Positions 46,558 through 56,020 of a DNA stretch of 64,000 nucleotides are shown piece by piece (the first letter of the stretch is position 1; the number at the start of each line of letters is the position of its first letter). The translations under genes were made by a program, and so were the position numbers. The notes beneath the pieces are model-generated. The model had not been told where the DNA came from. It was given only the letters and a program-made list of their open reading frames with translations, and searched no databases. Source of the stretch: a virus. The stretch lies in IMG/VR virus record IMGVR_UViG_3300008952_000006, positions 64,001-128,000 of that record; one strand, written 5' to 3'.

Positions 46558-47553
46558 TTGGAGCAGAACGACTTACTGTCTGTGCTGCGACCATACATAT
46601 CCATAGCAGAGCATCAGGCTTCATCATCGTATAATGTAGCCGCTTACTGCCCCTTCCATAAAGGGGGTAGAGAATCTAAACCCTCATTTTATATCTATGT
46701 TGGTCCGCCAACGAGTGGCAAGAGGCCGGGAGCGGCCTTCTGCCACACCTGTAATGAGGGTTGGAGTTTTACGGGGCTACTTAAAAAGCTCGCAGTCCCC
46801 AACAAGATAATAGACAGCATAAGACAGCATGTTGACTATTCCGCACCGGAACCAAAAACACCACTTAAAATGGTGTTCTCGTGGGACGTATTACCGGAAG
46901 CTATTCTCGGTACGTTTTCTTACCTGCCAAAGAAGCTTATAGATGATGGGTTCACCACCGATACTCTCCTGAATTATGAGATAGGATTTGACCGTTCGCG
47001 GAAGAGAATCATATTCCCAATCCGGAATCATCACGGTGAACTCGTCGCTATCAGCGGGCGGACAATTTCTGGTCGGTGGCCGAGGTATAAGATCTATAAG
47101 AGCGAATTGGAGGAAGTTATTAACAACTATTCCTTTGATAAGAAAACTGTACTTTGGGGGTTAGAGAAATTCTACGAAACACGCATGTATACAGATACAA
47201 AGATTGACACACCTGTGGTAGTGTGTGAAGGTTTCAAGGCCGCGCTCTGGGTTGTGCAAAGTGGATACCCACACACAGTCGCACTGTTGGGCTCTTACCT
47301 GAGCAAGGAGCAGGAGATGTTGCTCTCTAGGGTTACAAACAACGTGGTGTTGTTCCTAGATAACGACGAGGCTGGCTGCAAGGCCACAGAGAAAATAGCG
47401 GATAACCAACTAGGAGGTGTCAGCATAAAGATAGCAAAATATAAGGACAACGATAAAAATAAATCGCCGGATGATTTGAATGAGCTTCAAGTAAAAGAAG
47501 CCATAACATCCGCAATAACACTAATAAACTGGAGGAGATCCTGTGAGTATTGA
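46558..47553 (+). CDS. dnaG: DnaG-type primase
   Basis: CHC2 finger (CPFH..CHTC), RIIFPI..G.LVA.SGR, TOPRIM VCEG and LFLDNDEAG. Confidence 0.9.
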   Translation: MEQNDLLSVLRPYISIAEHQASSSYNVAAYCPFHKGGRESKPSFYIYVGPPTSGKRPGAAFCHTCNEGWSFTGLLKKLAVPNKIIDSIRQHVDYSAPEPKTPLKMVFSWDVLPEAILGTFSYLPKKLIDDGFTTDTLLNYEIGFDRSRKRIIFPIRNHHGELVAISGRTISGRWPRYKIYKSELEEVINNYSFDKKTVLWGLEKFYETRMYTDTKIDTPVVVCEGFKAALWVVQSGYPHTVALLGSYLSKEQEMLLSRVTNNVVLFLDNDEAGCKATEKIADNQLGGVSIKIAKYKDNDKNKSPDDLNELQVKEAITSAITLINWRRSCEY

Positions 47554-48673
47554 TTACGAAGAGTTTAAAAAATTACAAGCATCAAAACGAAGAAACCTAA
47601 TGAGTAAAGTGGGCAAAACCGGAAAGTCATCCGGTGGCGGCCAAGGCGGTGGGAGCAAGTACGAAACCCCACCATGGAAGCTCAGGCGAGAATATTTCAA
47701 GCCATCGATAGAGCAACCGACCAAGATTAGGATTATCCCTCAAAGCAATGGTGAGATTTGGTACCCATTTATGAGTAAGTGGGTTTCAACGGCCAAGGGA
47801 AAGCGACAAATTATCTCAAACGCCTGGAACGGGGAACGAGATATGCCCTGCGTTCTCTACTACTACGCCCTTGAGGAATCTAAAGCGGACTTTCTCGCGT
47901 CGGAGCAAGTGGCAACAACCGTGTTGGTCTTAGAGGATTTTTACAAAGTTCCCAAGGTGTCAGCCAAGGGTACCGAGTATCACCTTTTCGAGCGCAGCCT
48001 CGGGGTTGATAAACATGGTCGTAGCTTGGACCACGTGTCAAGACAAGACCAGGAAAAAGTATTCGGTCGAAAGCTGCACTGGTCCATGTGGCCTACGCAG
48101 CAAAGAAACCTGATGACCACCCTCCAAGGGCTCACTGAGAAGTGTGCTCATTGTGGTGAAGGTGAGATTAGCGTCTACGCGTACCAATGTACGGACTGTG
48201 GCGAAATGATCGCCAATCATAAGGAAGAGCCAATCGACCGGAACTCCGAGCAAGTACTACAGAATGAGTCTGTGGCCTGCCCGGGTTGTGACACTCGTAT
48301 GATCGCTAAGCAAATATATGAGTGTGTTAAGCAGGACGGTTACAAAGGTAACTGGGTGCATGGTTGCGACAACCCCTTGAAGGTGTCGCTGAATGAGCCC
48401 TTAGACCTTGTAATACGTGCTGTGCCCGCCGGTAAGTCAACCGCCATAGAGGTGCTCAGTTTCGCACCGGCTGACATGCAAGCCACCGAGTCACTGCCTA
48501 ACTTCTTGACGGCTCCATTCGAATTCGATCAATTTTTCGGAAAGATGGACCTAGAAGAACAAGCAACTTCGATGGGTGTAGAGATGCCATTTGGCGCAGG
48601 GGATCAGCAGATCATTGATGACTTCTTCACGGCTAGTCCGAACGACGAAGACGAAGATAGCATCCCCTTTTAG
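47543..48673 (+). CDS. ssb: Single-stranded DNA-binding protein (gp32-like) with zinc-ribbon insert
   Basis: F.P...TKIRIIP start of OB fold; three CxxC pairs; acidic tail ending DEDEDSIPF; between primase and polymerase. Confidence 0.65.
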   Translation: MSIDYEEFKKLQASKRRNLMSKVGKTGKSSGGGQGGGSKYETPPWKLRREYFKPSIEQPTKIRIIPQSNGEIWYPFMSKWVSTAKGKRQIISNAWNGERDMPCVLYYYALEESKADFLASEQVATTVLVLEDFYKVPKVSAKGTEYHLFERSLGVDKHGRSLDHVSRQDQEKVFGRKLHWSMWPTQQRNLMTTLQGLTEKCAHCGEGEISVYAYQCTDCGEMIANHKEEPIDRNSEQVLQNESVACPGCDTRMIAKQIYECVKQDGYKGNWVHGCDNPLKVSLNEPLDLVIRAVPAGKSTAIEVLSFAPADMQATESLPNFLTAPFEFDQFFGKMDLEEQATSMGVEMPFGAGDQQIIDDFFTASPNDEDEDSIPF

Positions 48674-48686
48674 ATAGCTTGAACCC

Positions 48687-48822
48687 TTAGGTGAGGGGGA
48701 AGCGCCAGTCTCCGGTCCCAGGATTTCCTGCGAGGTATGCGAGCCTCGACTTTTACTGGGAAAGGTAAAAATTAACTCTATCTAGTCAGCAGAGTTGATG
48801 GGCAGGCGCTCCCCCCACCTAA
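48687..48822 (+). ncRNA. Candidate structured RNA/cis element, multi-hairpin junction closed by an 18-bp stem
   Basis: 48687-48706 pairs with 48805-48822; four inner hairpins; lies between ssb and polA. Confidence 0.55.
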
Positions 48823-48840
48823 TTTATTACAAAAGGAGAG

Positions 48841-50733
48841 ATGATGGGAATGTTTACAGCGCTCCCTGTGCCAGTTTGTGTAAGAACACCAGAGCAGGCA
48901 CAGGTAGTATTAGAGGAGTATAAAGATACAAGCATCTTAGCATTCGATACAGAGACAACTGGTCTCGACAGGCCAAGGGACAGAGCAGTTGTTCTGGCCC
49001 TTAGCGACGGAAAAACAAGATATGCAATCTACGCGGAAGTTATACCCTACTTCAAAGAATTCTTAGAGAACCCAGAATTAAAATTAATCGCGCACAACGC
49101 TAACTATGACTGCTGGATGCTGTTAAACGTTGGCATAGACGTTAATAGATACTCGTTACGAACACATTACCGTGTTCTCGATACTATGGTCATGCACGCG
49201 CTAGTGGACGACACTAAGTCACACAAGCTAAAGTCCCTCGCAAAAGAGTACCTAGGCATTGACATGGTCTCCTTCAAGAGCGTGTTCGGCTCACAGATGC
49301 GTAAACGGACACTGCACGACCTGCTGCTTGATCCTGAAAATGAGGATATTGTGACCAACTACGCATCACTAGATGCTTACGCCACATTCAAACTATTCCT
49401 TGCGCTTAGAGAAGAATTAAAGGAGATGGAGACAGGCCTGGAAGAATACCCAACCCTCTGGGAATACTTCTACAAAACCGAAGTCCCCTTCACCAGAATA
49501 CTCTGGGAGATGGAGCGTAATGGGGTGCGGATAGACGAGGAGGCCCTCCTTGAGCAAGCCCCCCTTATAGAGAGTGAACTTCTCGGCATACAGAAATGGT
49601 TCGGTCGGACCATGAATAAACTATACGTTAATCTCAACTCTGGTAAGGAGATGGGTGCATTTTTCTTCACCCAGCTGGGCTACAAGCCCGTGTCTTATAC
49701 GGAGAAGGGAAGCCCCCAGCTAAATGCACCAACCCTTGAGCGCTGGGCTAGGGGTGGTTGTGAGTACTCGGAGAAGCTCTTGCGTTATCGTGACCAAGAC
49801 AAGAAGCTATCCACGTATATAACCAACCTCCTTAAACGCATCCACGTAGATAAGCGTATCCACGCCACCTTCAATCAAACGGGGGCGCGAACCGGAAGGC
49901 TGAGTTCATCGGAGCCAAACCTGCAGAATCAGCCCCCCTACATACGGGGAGCATACATTGCAGAGGGGCGGTCACGCCTACTGGCTAGGGACTTTGCACA
50001 ATTGGAGATGCGCATCCTAGCGCATTTCTCAGGAGACTCGTCGTTAATCACAGCGATTAAAAGCGGACAAGATGTCCACTCAAGTACCGCATCAAAAATG
50101 TTCAAGGTTCCGTATGAGGATATTATGGAGGCTAGAAGAAAAGACGATGCGGATGAACCAGTAAGCCCCTACGAGAAAAAGCTCCTTACCCATCGGAAAG
50201 GTGCCAAAGCCATTAACTTTGGCTTGATGTATGGGCAGGGCTCTGGGAGGCTGTCGGCTACACTTGGGTGTTCTTTAGACGAAGCCAAGCTTCTAATAAA
50301 GCAGTACTTCGCAGCATTCCCTAAAATCACAAAGTACTTCCGTCAAGCTATCAAGGAAGCAACCGCAGACGGCTACTGCGCCACGATATTGGGTCGGCGC
50401 AGACAAGTGCCGGGGCTCAGGTCAAATATTAGTAGTGATAGAGGAGACGCTGAACGGAAGGTGAAGAACTCGCCTATTCAGGGCAGTGCTGCGGATATTA
50501 CTAAGATGGCCATGATCCGACTTTGGGAAGACCCGCTTGTCGAGGCATCTGGGGCCAAGATGGCCATCCAGGTTCACGATGAAATCGTTTTCGAGGTGCC
50601 TGAAGAGTTTGTGGACGACGAAGAATTTAATACGCGCATTGAGGAATTGATGGCGCACCCCTTCTCTTTTGAGTTGGCGGTTCCGCTAGAGACGTCAGGG
50701 AAGTACGGGAGCAACTGGGCGGAGTGTAAGTAA
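48841..50733 (+). CDS. polA: Family A DNA polymerase with 3'-5' exonuclease, no 5'-3' exonuclease domain
   Basis: Exo DTETTG, HNANYD, YASLDA; TGRLSSSEPNLQN, DFAQLEMR, KAINFGLMYG, IQGSAAD, QVHDE. Confidence 0.95.
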   Translation: MMGMFTALPVPVCVRTPEQAQVVLEEYKDTSILAFDTETTGLDRPRDRAVVLALSDGKTRYAIYAEVIPYFKEFLENPELKLIAHNANYDCWMLLNVGIDVNRYSLRTHYRVLDTMVMHALVDDTKSHKLKSLAKEYLGIDMVSFKSVFGSQMRKRTLHDLLLDPENEDIVTNYASLDAYATFKLFLALREELKEMETGLEEYPTLWEYFYKTEVPFTRILWEMERNGVRIDEEALLEQAPLIESELLGIQKWFGRTMNKLYVNLNSGKEMGAFFFTQLGYKPVSYTEKGSPQLNAPTLERWARGGCEYSEKLLRYRDQDKKLSTYITNLLKRIHVDKRIHATFNQTGARTGRLSSSEPNLQNQPPYIRGAYIAEGRSRLLARDFAQLEMRILAHFSGDSSLITAIKSGQDVHSSTASKMFKVPYEDIMEARRKDDADEPVSPYEKKLLTHRKGAKAINFGLMYGQGSGRLSATLGCSLDEAKLLIKQYFAAFPKITKYFRQAIKEATADGYCATILGRRRQVPGLRSNISSDRGDAERKVKNSPIQGSAADITKMAMIRLWEDPLVEASGAKMAIQVHDEIVFEVPEEFVDDEEFNTRIEELMAHPFSFELAVPLETSGKYGSNWAECK

Positions 50734-50804
50734 TAAAAGGAATGCCTTTACCCAGAAAGCGCTGACCTTTATAAAAAGCGGACACACTAATAAAGGGGAG
50801 CCAT

Positions 50805-50981
50805 ATGGAGGACACAGAAGAAGCGATGCCAGATAGTTGCTACAGGGAATTAGACGAGAACGAAGAAAAGGAGTTCAGGAAATGGGCCAGGGACAACTAT
50901 ATTTCAGGAGACCCAGTAAAAGCCGTTTGGCACCCAGTGGTGCGAAACGAGTGCTCTATTATAGATAATGAATCGACGTAA
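50805..50981 (+). CDS. Small 58-aa phage protein (not in ORF track)
   Basis: GGGGAG RBS; EFRKWARDNY..WHPVV..EC, a pattern I recognise from other phage small proteins. Confidence 0.6.
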   Translation: MEDTEEAMPDSCYRELDENEEKEFRKWARDNYISGDPVKAVWHPVVRNECSIIDNEST

Positions 50982-51234
50982 ACCATGGTTTTTCTACGTA
51001 GTAGAATGCTCTGATCAGTCTCTCTATGCCGGTATTACTACTAATATAGAGAGACGGGTCAGCGAGCATAACAAGAGTCCGCGCGGGGCCAAGTATACAA
51101 GAAGCCGCAGACCTGTCCACCTAGTGATGTCCAGAAAATTCCCAAGTAAATCGGGAGCCCTAAAACATGAATACAAATTCAAGCGGCTTACTAAAAAAGG
51201 TAAATTGGCCGAAATTCGGAGACAGCATGGATGA
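50968..51234 (+). CDS. GIY-YIG nuclease (YhbQ/UPF0213-like)
   Basis: FYVVECSD.SLYAGITTNIERR..EHN..GAKYTR.RRPV.LV..ALK.E..FK. Confidence 0.9.
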   Translation: MNRRKPWFFYVVECSDQSLYAGITTNIERRVSEHNKSPRGAKYTRSRRPVHLVMSRKFPSKSGALKHEYKFKRLTKKGKLAEIRRQHG

Positions 51235-51955
51235 TAACCAAAGAAAAATTACCAACCTAGGGTTGGTGACCCTAACCAACCTAATTATGCAAAAGGTTGT
51301 AGACAACCTTGTAGGCCCTGTGGAGTTTAAAGAGGGGTTCGACGGAAACTTTGCCATTGAGCTACGCGACATGGAAAAGGCAGCATATGGTTGGACTCCT
51401 TTTGTGGCGGCAGCCCCACTGAACACAGGAAACCTGGGAATAGATACGAAAGAGGTCTGGGTAAACTGCTGCTATCAAGTCTACGCGTACTACCGAGAAT
51501 TCGAGGGTATGCCATTCTCCATACTCAATCTTAGCCTCAAAACAAATGACAGAGCCCCTGTAAGAGATTGGCGAGACCTACAAAGAATCAAGAATGAATT
51601 ATGTGGAACACTTTGTGAGGCGGTAGAGATGTATCCTGCCGAGTACAGGCTGGTGGACACGTCCAACCAATACCATTTGTGGGTCCTGCCCCCAGGCAGG
51701 ATATTCCCGTTTGGTTACAATGGGGGAAGGGTCGTAACAAGTGACGCACCAACCAAGGAACGTCTAGAAAAACACATGAAGAAGAATTACAAATTTGGTG
51801 AGGACGAGAAAGCCGTACAGCGGCCCTTCGAAAAGCACCATACGGCAGACGACTGCCCACCAATCGGCCCACTCTGGGCAGCCAAAGGATATTCATTCAA
51901 CGAGGAAGCCGAACGGATTCTTCTGAATGGTAAAGAAGTAAAGGAGTTACGATGA
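51227..51955 (+). CDS. Conserved phage protein of unknown function
   Basis: Start reassigned to ATG 51227; DWRDLQRIKNEL.G..EAVE.YP....LVD..N.YHLW motif. Confidence 0.7.
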   Translation: MDDNQRKITNLGLVTLTNLIMQKVVDNLVGPVEFKEGFDGNFAIELRDMEKAAYGWTPFVAAAPLNTGNLGIDTKEVWVNCCYQVYAYYREFEGMPFSILNLSLKTNDRAPVRDWRDLQRIKNELCGTLCEAVEMYPAEYRLVDTSNQYHLWVLPPGRIFPFGYNGGRVVTSDAPTKERLEKHMKKNYKFGEDEKAVQRPFEKHHTADDCPPIGPLWAAKGYSFNEEAERILLNGKEVKELR

Positions 51956-52224
51956 AGGTAAAATACGCAGTCCCACAGCGCCTGGTAAGCGATCTGATCG
52001 CTTCTGGCCTCGCAAGCGGGGAAGAAGACGCAATGACTAAAGTCGCCTCTGGTGAGGGCCTGGACGCCCTCTGGGCAGACAAAAATAAAAAATTAATAGA
52101 ACTCGAAATAGCATTCCAGTCAAACGGCGGACGGGGTGTTGACCTTGCGGAAGAGATCGACCTGCTGCGTGGAAGCATTGAGGAGATAGACGAGCTTATT
52201 AAAACTCGAGACGGGGAGAAGTAA
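51952..52224 (+). CDS. Hypothetical protein
   Basis: 90 aa; AAGGAG RBS; ATGA overlap. Confidence 0.6.
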   Translation: MKVKYAVPQRLVSDLIASGLASGEEDAMTKVASGEGLDALWADKNKKLIELEIAFQSNGGRGVDLAEEIDLLRGSIEEIDELIKTRDGEK

Positions 52225-53282
52225 TGACCAAGAAAGACAACTTGGCTGGTCTGATCAAGGGTATCCAGAAAGACCTTGGAGGGGCAGCAAGAATTACCCG
52301 CCTCTCCGAGGTGGTCGCGCCATTCCAGACCAGACTGCCTACAGGTATTCTGAGTTTAGACTTGGCGCTTAGAGGTGGGTTCCCTGCGGGGTCCATGCAC
52401 CAATTATTTGGGCCAGATGGGGCGGGCAAAGACTATTTGTCCAATCTACTCATGGCGCAGACCCAAAGAACATACGGCGAAAAGACTAATATCGCCTGGA
52501 TGTCCTTTGGCTACAAACCCGACATCCCCTTCATGGAGATGTGTGGGATCGACACCGAAGTCGGCAACCTAATGTTTATTGACGTTGGAAATGAAGAAGC
52601 GCTTGACCAACCAGCCGAGTCGCTCCTTACAGCCATGTTGAACCTTATTAGGTCTAATAAATTCCAGTTAATGATTATTAACGAGCTTGGTTCAGGAGAA
52701 ACTAAGGACAACGTAAAGAAAGGACTCCATGAAGACGCAAAGATTGCTACATGGGCGTCTCTTATGGCTACCTTCTGCCAAAAGTTTTATAGTGCTATGC
52801 GGAATACGGATGAAGAAACAGGTCCAAACAAGACCTGTGTTATCATGATAAATCCCGTAAGGGCCAATATAGACGCTAGGTCGGCAAAGTACTTCCCCTA
52901 TTCACAAGGTGGTGGCTACGCGCTCAAGCATGCAAAGGCAGTTGACCTACATCTAAGAATTGGTAGCTCAATAAAATCTGGTGGTAAAAAGGTGGGAAAA
53001 GAAATCAAATGGAAGATAAGCAAGGGCAAACATGGAATCTCTGAAGGCGCGGAGGGCGGCTATAGCTTCATCTTCAACCAAGGAGTTGACTTAACAGAGG
53101 ACCTCGCAAATACCGCCAAAGCCATGGGGCTCATCAGAAGCTCAGGCCCTGTGTATTATATATTAGACTACGAAGATAAGGTTAAGGGCGGATTGGCCGG
53201 TGTCGTAGACATCCTAAGAAAATCCCCCGCGCTCTGCGAAGAAGTTCGCGCAGCTGTATTAGAGAAAGCAAAGAATGGCTAA
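52224..53282 (+). CDS. recA: RecA-like recombinase with variant Walker motifs
   Basis: PTGILSLDLAL.GGFP.G, GPDGAGKD, MIN..R..I, GG.ALKH. Confidence 0.85.
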   Translation: MTKKDNLAGLIKGIQKDLGGAARITRLSEVVAPFQTRLPTGILSLDLALRGGFPAGSMHQLFGPDGAGKDYLSNLLMAQTQRTYGEKTNIAWMSFGYKPDIPFMEMCGIDTEVGNLMFIDVGNEEALDQPAESLLTAMLNLIRSNKFQLMIINELGSGETKDNVKKGLHEDAKIATWASLMATFCQKFYSAMRNTDEETGPNKTCVIMINPVRANIDARSAKYFPYSQGGGYALKHAKAVDLHLRIGSSIKSGGKKVGKEIKWKISKGKHGISEGAEGGYSFIFNQGVDLTEDLANTAKAMGLIRSSGPVYYILDYEDKVKGGLAGVVDILRKSPALCEEVRAAVLEKAKNG

Positions 53283-54036
53283 AGTCTACGTAAAGATTGG
53301 ACCCAAGGTCGTTGAACACGCGGTTGACGGACTCCCGTTTCTCCCAGGGCTTTGTATGCACAAAGTCCCGTATAGCGGGAAGTCCAGCAGCGTATACAAC
53401 ATAACGCACACACAAAGCGGCCTTGCGGTCCTATCTAAAGTAGATGAAGCCAACTTAGAGCTTATCAGAATGATCCTAGGGCGGATGCTGTGGGACAAAA
53501 CAACAGACATTATCTTTGATGAAAGTAAGTACTACAGTCTAGTCAAAGAAGCGGAGGCCGTATTGTCCAATCATAAAGAAAGCGAGAAGCAGGAAAAGAG
53601 AATCGCTAAGGATATAAAGGGAAAACGACAGCCCGCCTCTGGATCAAGATGGGGCAGCAAGAGGGACGTTATTACACCAGATCTGTTGATCGAGGCTAAA
53701 ACAACAAAATCCTCCAGACAGAGTGTGTCGATAAAAGACCTCCATTTCCTAACGAGGCAGGCATACCAACAAGGTAAAGTCCCTGCGTATATTATAGAGT
53801 TTGCGAGAAGGTGGGAGGTTGTCCTTGTGCCTGTACAAGAACTTGCAGAAAGTACCCTGGAAGAATTTGAAGAAACCAGGAACCTAGACTATAAAAAGAG
53901 GAAGTCGTTTTCCGTTAGCACGGGATTGGCTGACTGGGTTTCATCCGAAAATTGCGCCCTGATTGAGACATCGGAAACAACCTATGCACTAATAAGCTAT
54001 TGCTCCTTTCTGGAAATAGCTAAGAGGGGAATATGA
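53275..54036 (+). CDS. PD-(D/E)XK Holliday-junction-resolvase-like nuclease with extra N-terminal domain
   Basis: S.KQEKRIAK...G.RQPASGS....K.DV....LLIEAKTT. Confidence 0.7.
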   Translation: MAKVYVKIGPKVVEHAVDGLPFLPGLCMHKVPYSGKSSSVYNITHTQSGLAVLSKVDEANLELIRMILGRMLWDKTTDIIFDESKYYSLVKEAEAVLSNHKESEKQEKRIAKDIKGKRQPASGSRWGSKRDVITPDLLIEAKTTKSSRQSVSIKDLHFLTRQAYQQGKVPAYIIEFARRWEVVLVPVQELAESTLEEFEETRNLDYKKRKSFSVSTGLADWVSSENCALIETSETTYALISYCSFLEIAKRGI

Positions 54037-54734
54037 AGAGAGATAAAACAAGCATGCCCCTTCGGTGTTTCCGCGAGGAGCAACCTAAGAACGACAGGAA
54101 CTTCAACATTGCTCGAGAGTTTGAGTACTTGCTGGAGAAGGAGAACGCTAAGCCGTGGACACGGAAAATAGGGCATTACCACCCATCCTCAATACGGGGG
54201 TGTAAACGGGCAATGTATTACGATAGGATTGGGGCTGATCCCAAACCTAGAATACACGCAGATCTACGTATGCTGTTTGACATGGGCCACGCTCTCCATG
54301 GCATGGTTCAGGAATACCTAGCACAAATAGAAGGCTTCGAGCCAGAAGTAGCGATTGAGTTCGAACCGCTAAACTTGTACGGCCACTGTGACGGTGTGTT
54401 TAGAGCACAGGACTGGGTCTTGGAAATTAAGACTGTGGGTGAGTCAGTTTACAGAACACTGGTTCAACCTAAAATTGATCACATCTGGCAAATTCATTGC
54501 TATATGTTTGCTCTAGACATCCCAAGAACACAGCTGCTCTATGTTAACAGAGCAACCGGAGCAACCCGCTTATTCAAGGTTACTTTTTCAAATGACATAT
54601 GGGACCAGATAGTAAGTATTATTAATTATGTAGAGGGATTTGTTAAAAAAGAGACACCTCCCCCGCAAGAGATAAGCAAGTGGACCTGCCGATCCTGCAA
54701 GTTTTATCATATATGCGAACCAAGTTTTGACTAA
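54033..54734 (+). CDS. Cas4-like PD-(D/E)XK exonuclease with Fe-S cysteines
   Basis: HPSS..GCKR, GH.LH, GHCDG, LEIKT, QIHCYM, C-terminal CRSC..YHIC. Confidence 0.85.
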   Translation: MKRDKTSMPLRCFREEQPKNDRNFNIAREFEYLLEKENAKPWTRKIGHYHPSSIRGCKRAMYYDRIGADPKPRIHADLRMLFDMGHALHGMVQEYLAQIEGFEPEVAIEFEPLNLYGHCDGVFRAQDWVLEIKTVGESVYRTLVQPKIDHIWQIHCYMFALDIPRTQLLYVNRATGATRLFKVTFSNDIWDQIVSIINYVEGFVKKETPPPQEISKWTCRSCKFYHICEPSFD

Positions 54735-54743
54735 GGAAGAATA

Positions 54744-55307
54744 ATGACACAGGAAAAGAAAGATCTTTTTCTGGCACTTCGGGACACCTTGGAGGAAGAC
54801 CTCAAAAGAACAGGCTTTAATCCTGACACCAATCCTCCAGGACGTGAACCCAGGATTAGGGGTTCCGTCGCCGCCCTAAAGGCACCAGAATTAAAGGAAA
54901 TGTACGACGAGTTCTTAGCATTTTACGACTACATCACAGACCAGATAGTTACAGACATAGGCTTTGAAGTAGTCAGCAAAGCAAGGCTTGAGCATGTGCA
55001 GGCATCGGTGACCCTCAAGGCTCACGCAGACTCCTCACTTAAAAATGCCGAACAGCGGAAAGCATTTGTATATAACGACCCGGCCTATCTTGGAGCAAAG
55101 AGAGACTACACCTACTTCAAGGGGAAGCTCGCCATGCAACAAGAAAGAAGGGATAAGTATAAACGGGCTATGGACCGCATCGGACGAGAGTTGTGGCTTA
55201 GAACACAGGATGATAATCCGCAGGAATTCTTTAAGCCAAATAAACGAATTAAACTACCGGAGCCAGCTTACCAATCAACCTATAAGCGTATTAAAGATGA
55301 AGGGTAG
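54744..55307 (+). CDS. Helical protein, possibly UvsY-like recombination mediator
   Basis: Coiled-coil pattern with KNAEQRKAFV..DP.Y; inside the recombination cluster. Confidence 0.45.
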   Translation: MTQEKKDLFLALRDTLEEDLKRTGFNPDTNPPGREPRIRGSVAALKAPELKEMYDEFLAFYDYITDQIVTDIGFEVVSKARLEHVQASVTLKAHADSSLKNAEQRKAFVYNDPAYLGAKRDYTYFKGKLAMQQERRDKYKRAMDRIGRELWLRTQDDNPQEFFKPNKRIKLPEPAYQSTYKRIKDEG

Positions 55308-55731
55308 CTGTGTGTTCGAAGCAAAAATAACAGTGCTGCCGCCGTCTGTTAATAAAATGTACGTCTATACAAAGTGGGGCCCCCGACCATCGTCGGCAAT
55401 GAAAAAGTTCAAAGCAAAGGCAATGGCAGAGCTGGTAAAACAGGTGCCGTTCGACTCAGAGCCCTTAGATAAAAACTTACCCTACAGACTTAGCTTGGAG
55501 TTCTACCTGCCAGCCCTTATAAACAAAGGCTGGCCGGGTAAGGCAAAAACTAGATACAAAAGAAGAGATGTTTCAAATCTTGTCAAGGTAGTTGAGGATG
55601 TTCTTGCCCAATGCCTGGGCGTAGATGATTCATGCTTCCTCGAAGAGGAGCTGAAGAAGCTTGATGGCGGGATTCATGGGTTTGTGGGGATCAAAATCAA
55701 GGTATACGAGCTAATCCAAGAGGATACATAA
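55297..55731 (+). CDS. rusA: RusA-like Holliday junction resolvase
   Basis: Start reassigned to ATG 55297; LPPSVN.MY, RRDVSNLVKVVEDVL, GVDDS. Confidence 0.8.
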   Translation: MKGSCVFEAKITVLPPSVNKMYVYTKWGPRPSSAMKKFKAKAMAELVKQVPFDSEPLDKNLPYRLSLEFYLPALINKGWPGKAKTRYKRRDVSNLVKVVEDVLAQCLGVDDSCFLEEELKKLDGGIHGFVGIKIKVYELIQEDT

Positions 55732-55732
55732 A

Positions 55733-56020
55733 ATGACCAATAATAAATTAACCCCCCTAGAGCTTCAGCATATAGTCTGGACAGAGCATGGAAGGCGGAT
55801 CGCTATCCATCCAAACCCAGAGCAAATACAGGCCCTTTTACCGTATAAGGTAGACGAAGCTAAAGAGAACCAGTTTAACCATATGCGTGATGAAATCATG
55901 CTTTACATAAAGGAACACGAGAATATGTTGTCTTTACCTTGCAATGGTGATTGTTATCAACACACAGACGGTGTAGTGGTGTTTTGCCACCAACAACTTA
56001 TGGAGGATCAGTCAGAATGA
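55733..56020 (+). CDS. Hypothetical protein with Cys/His cluster
   Basis: 95 aa; GAGG RBS; LPCNGDCYQH..V.FCH. Confidence 0.6.
   Translation: MTNNKLTPLELQHIVWTEHGRRIAIHPNPEQIQALLPYKVDEAKENQFNHMRDEIMLYIKEHENMLSLPCNGDCYQHTDGVVVFCHQQLMEDQSE

Noticed and set aside
48711-48765. Twister or HDV-like ribozyme (CCGGTCCCA resembles parts of both)
   Set aside because: Twister AAGC-CCGG continuation is missing, no HDV P1 pairing was found, and no hammerhead CTGAnGA core is present
19978-50733. Inteins or introns in terminase, RNA polymerase, DnaB or DNA polymerase
   Set aside because: Conserved motifs are normally spaced and no splicing or homing-endonuclease motifs were noticed
54033-54734. CRISPR-Cas system
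   Set aside because: Solo Cas4-like nuclease; no cas1/cas2 and no repeat-spacer array seen
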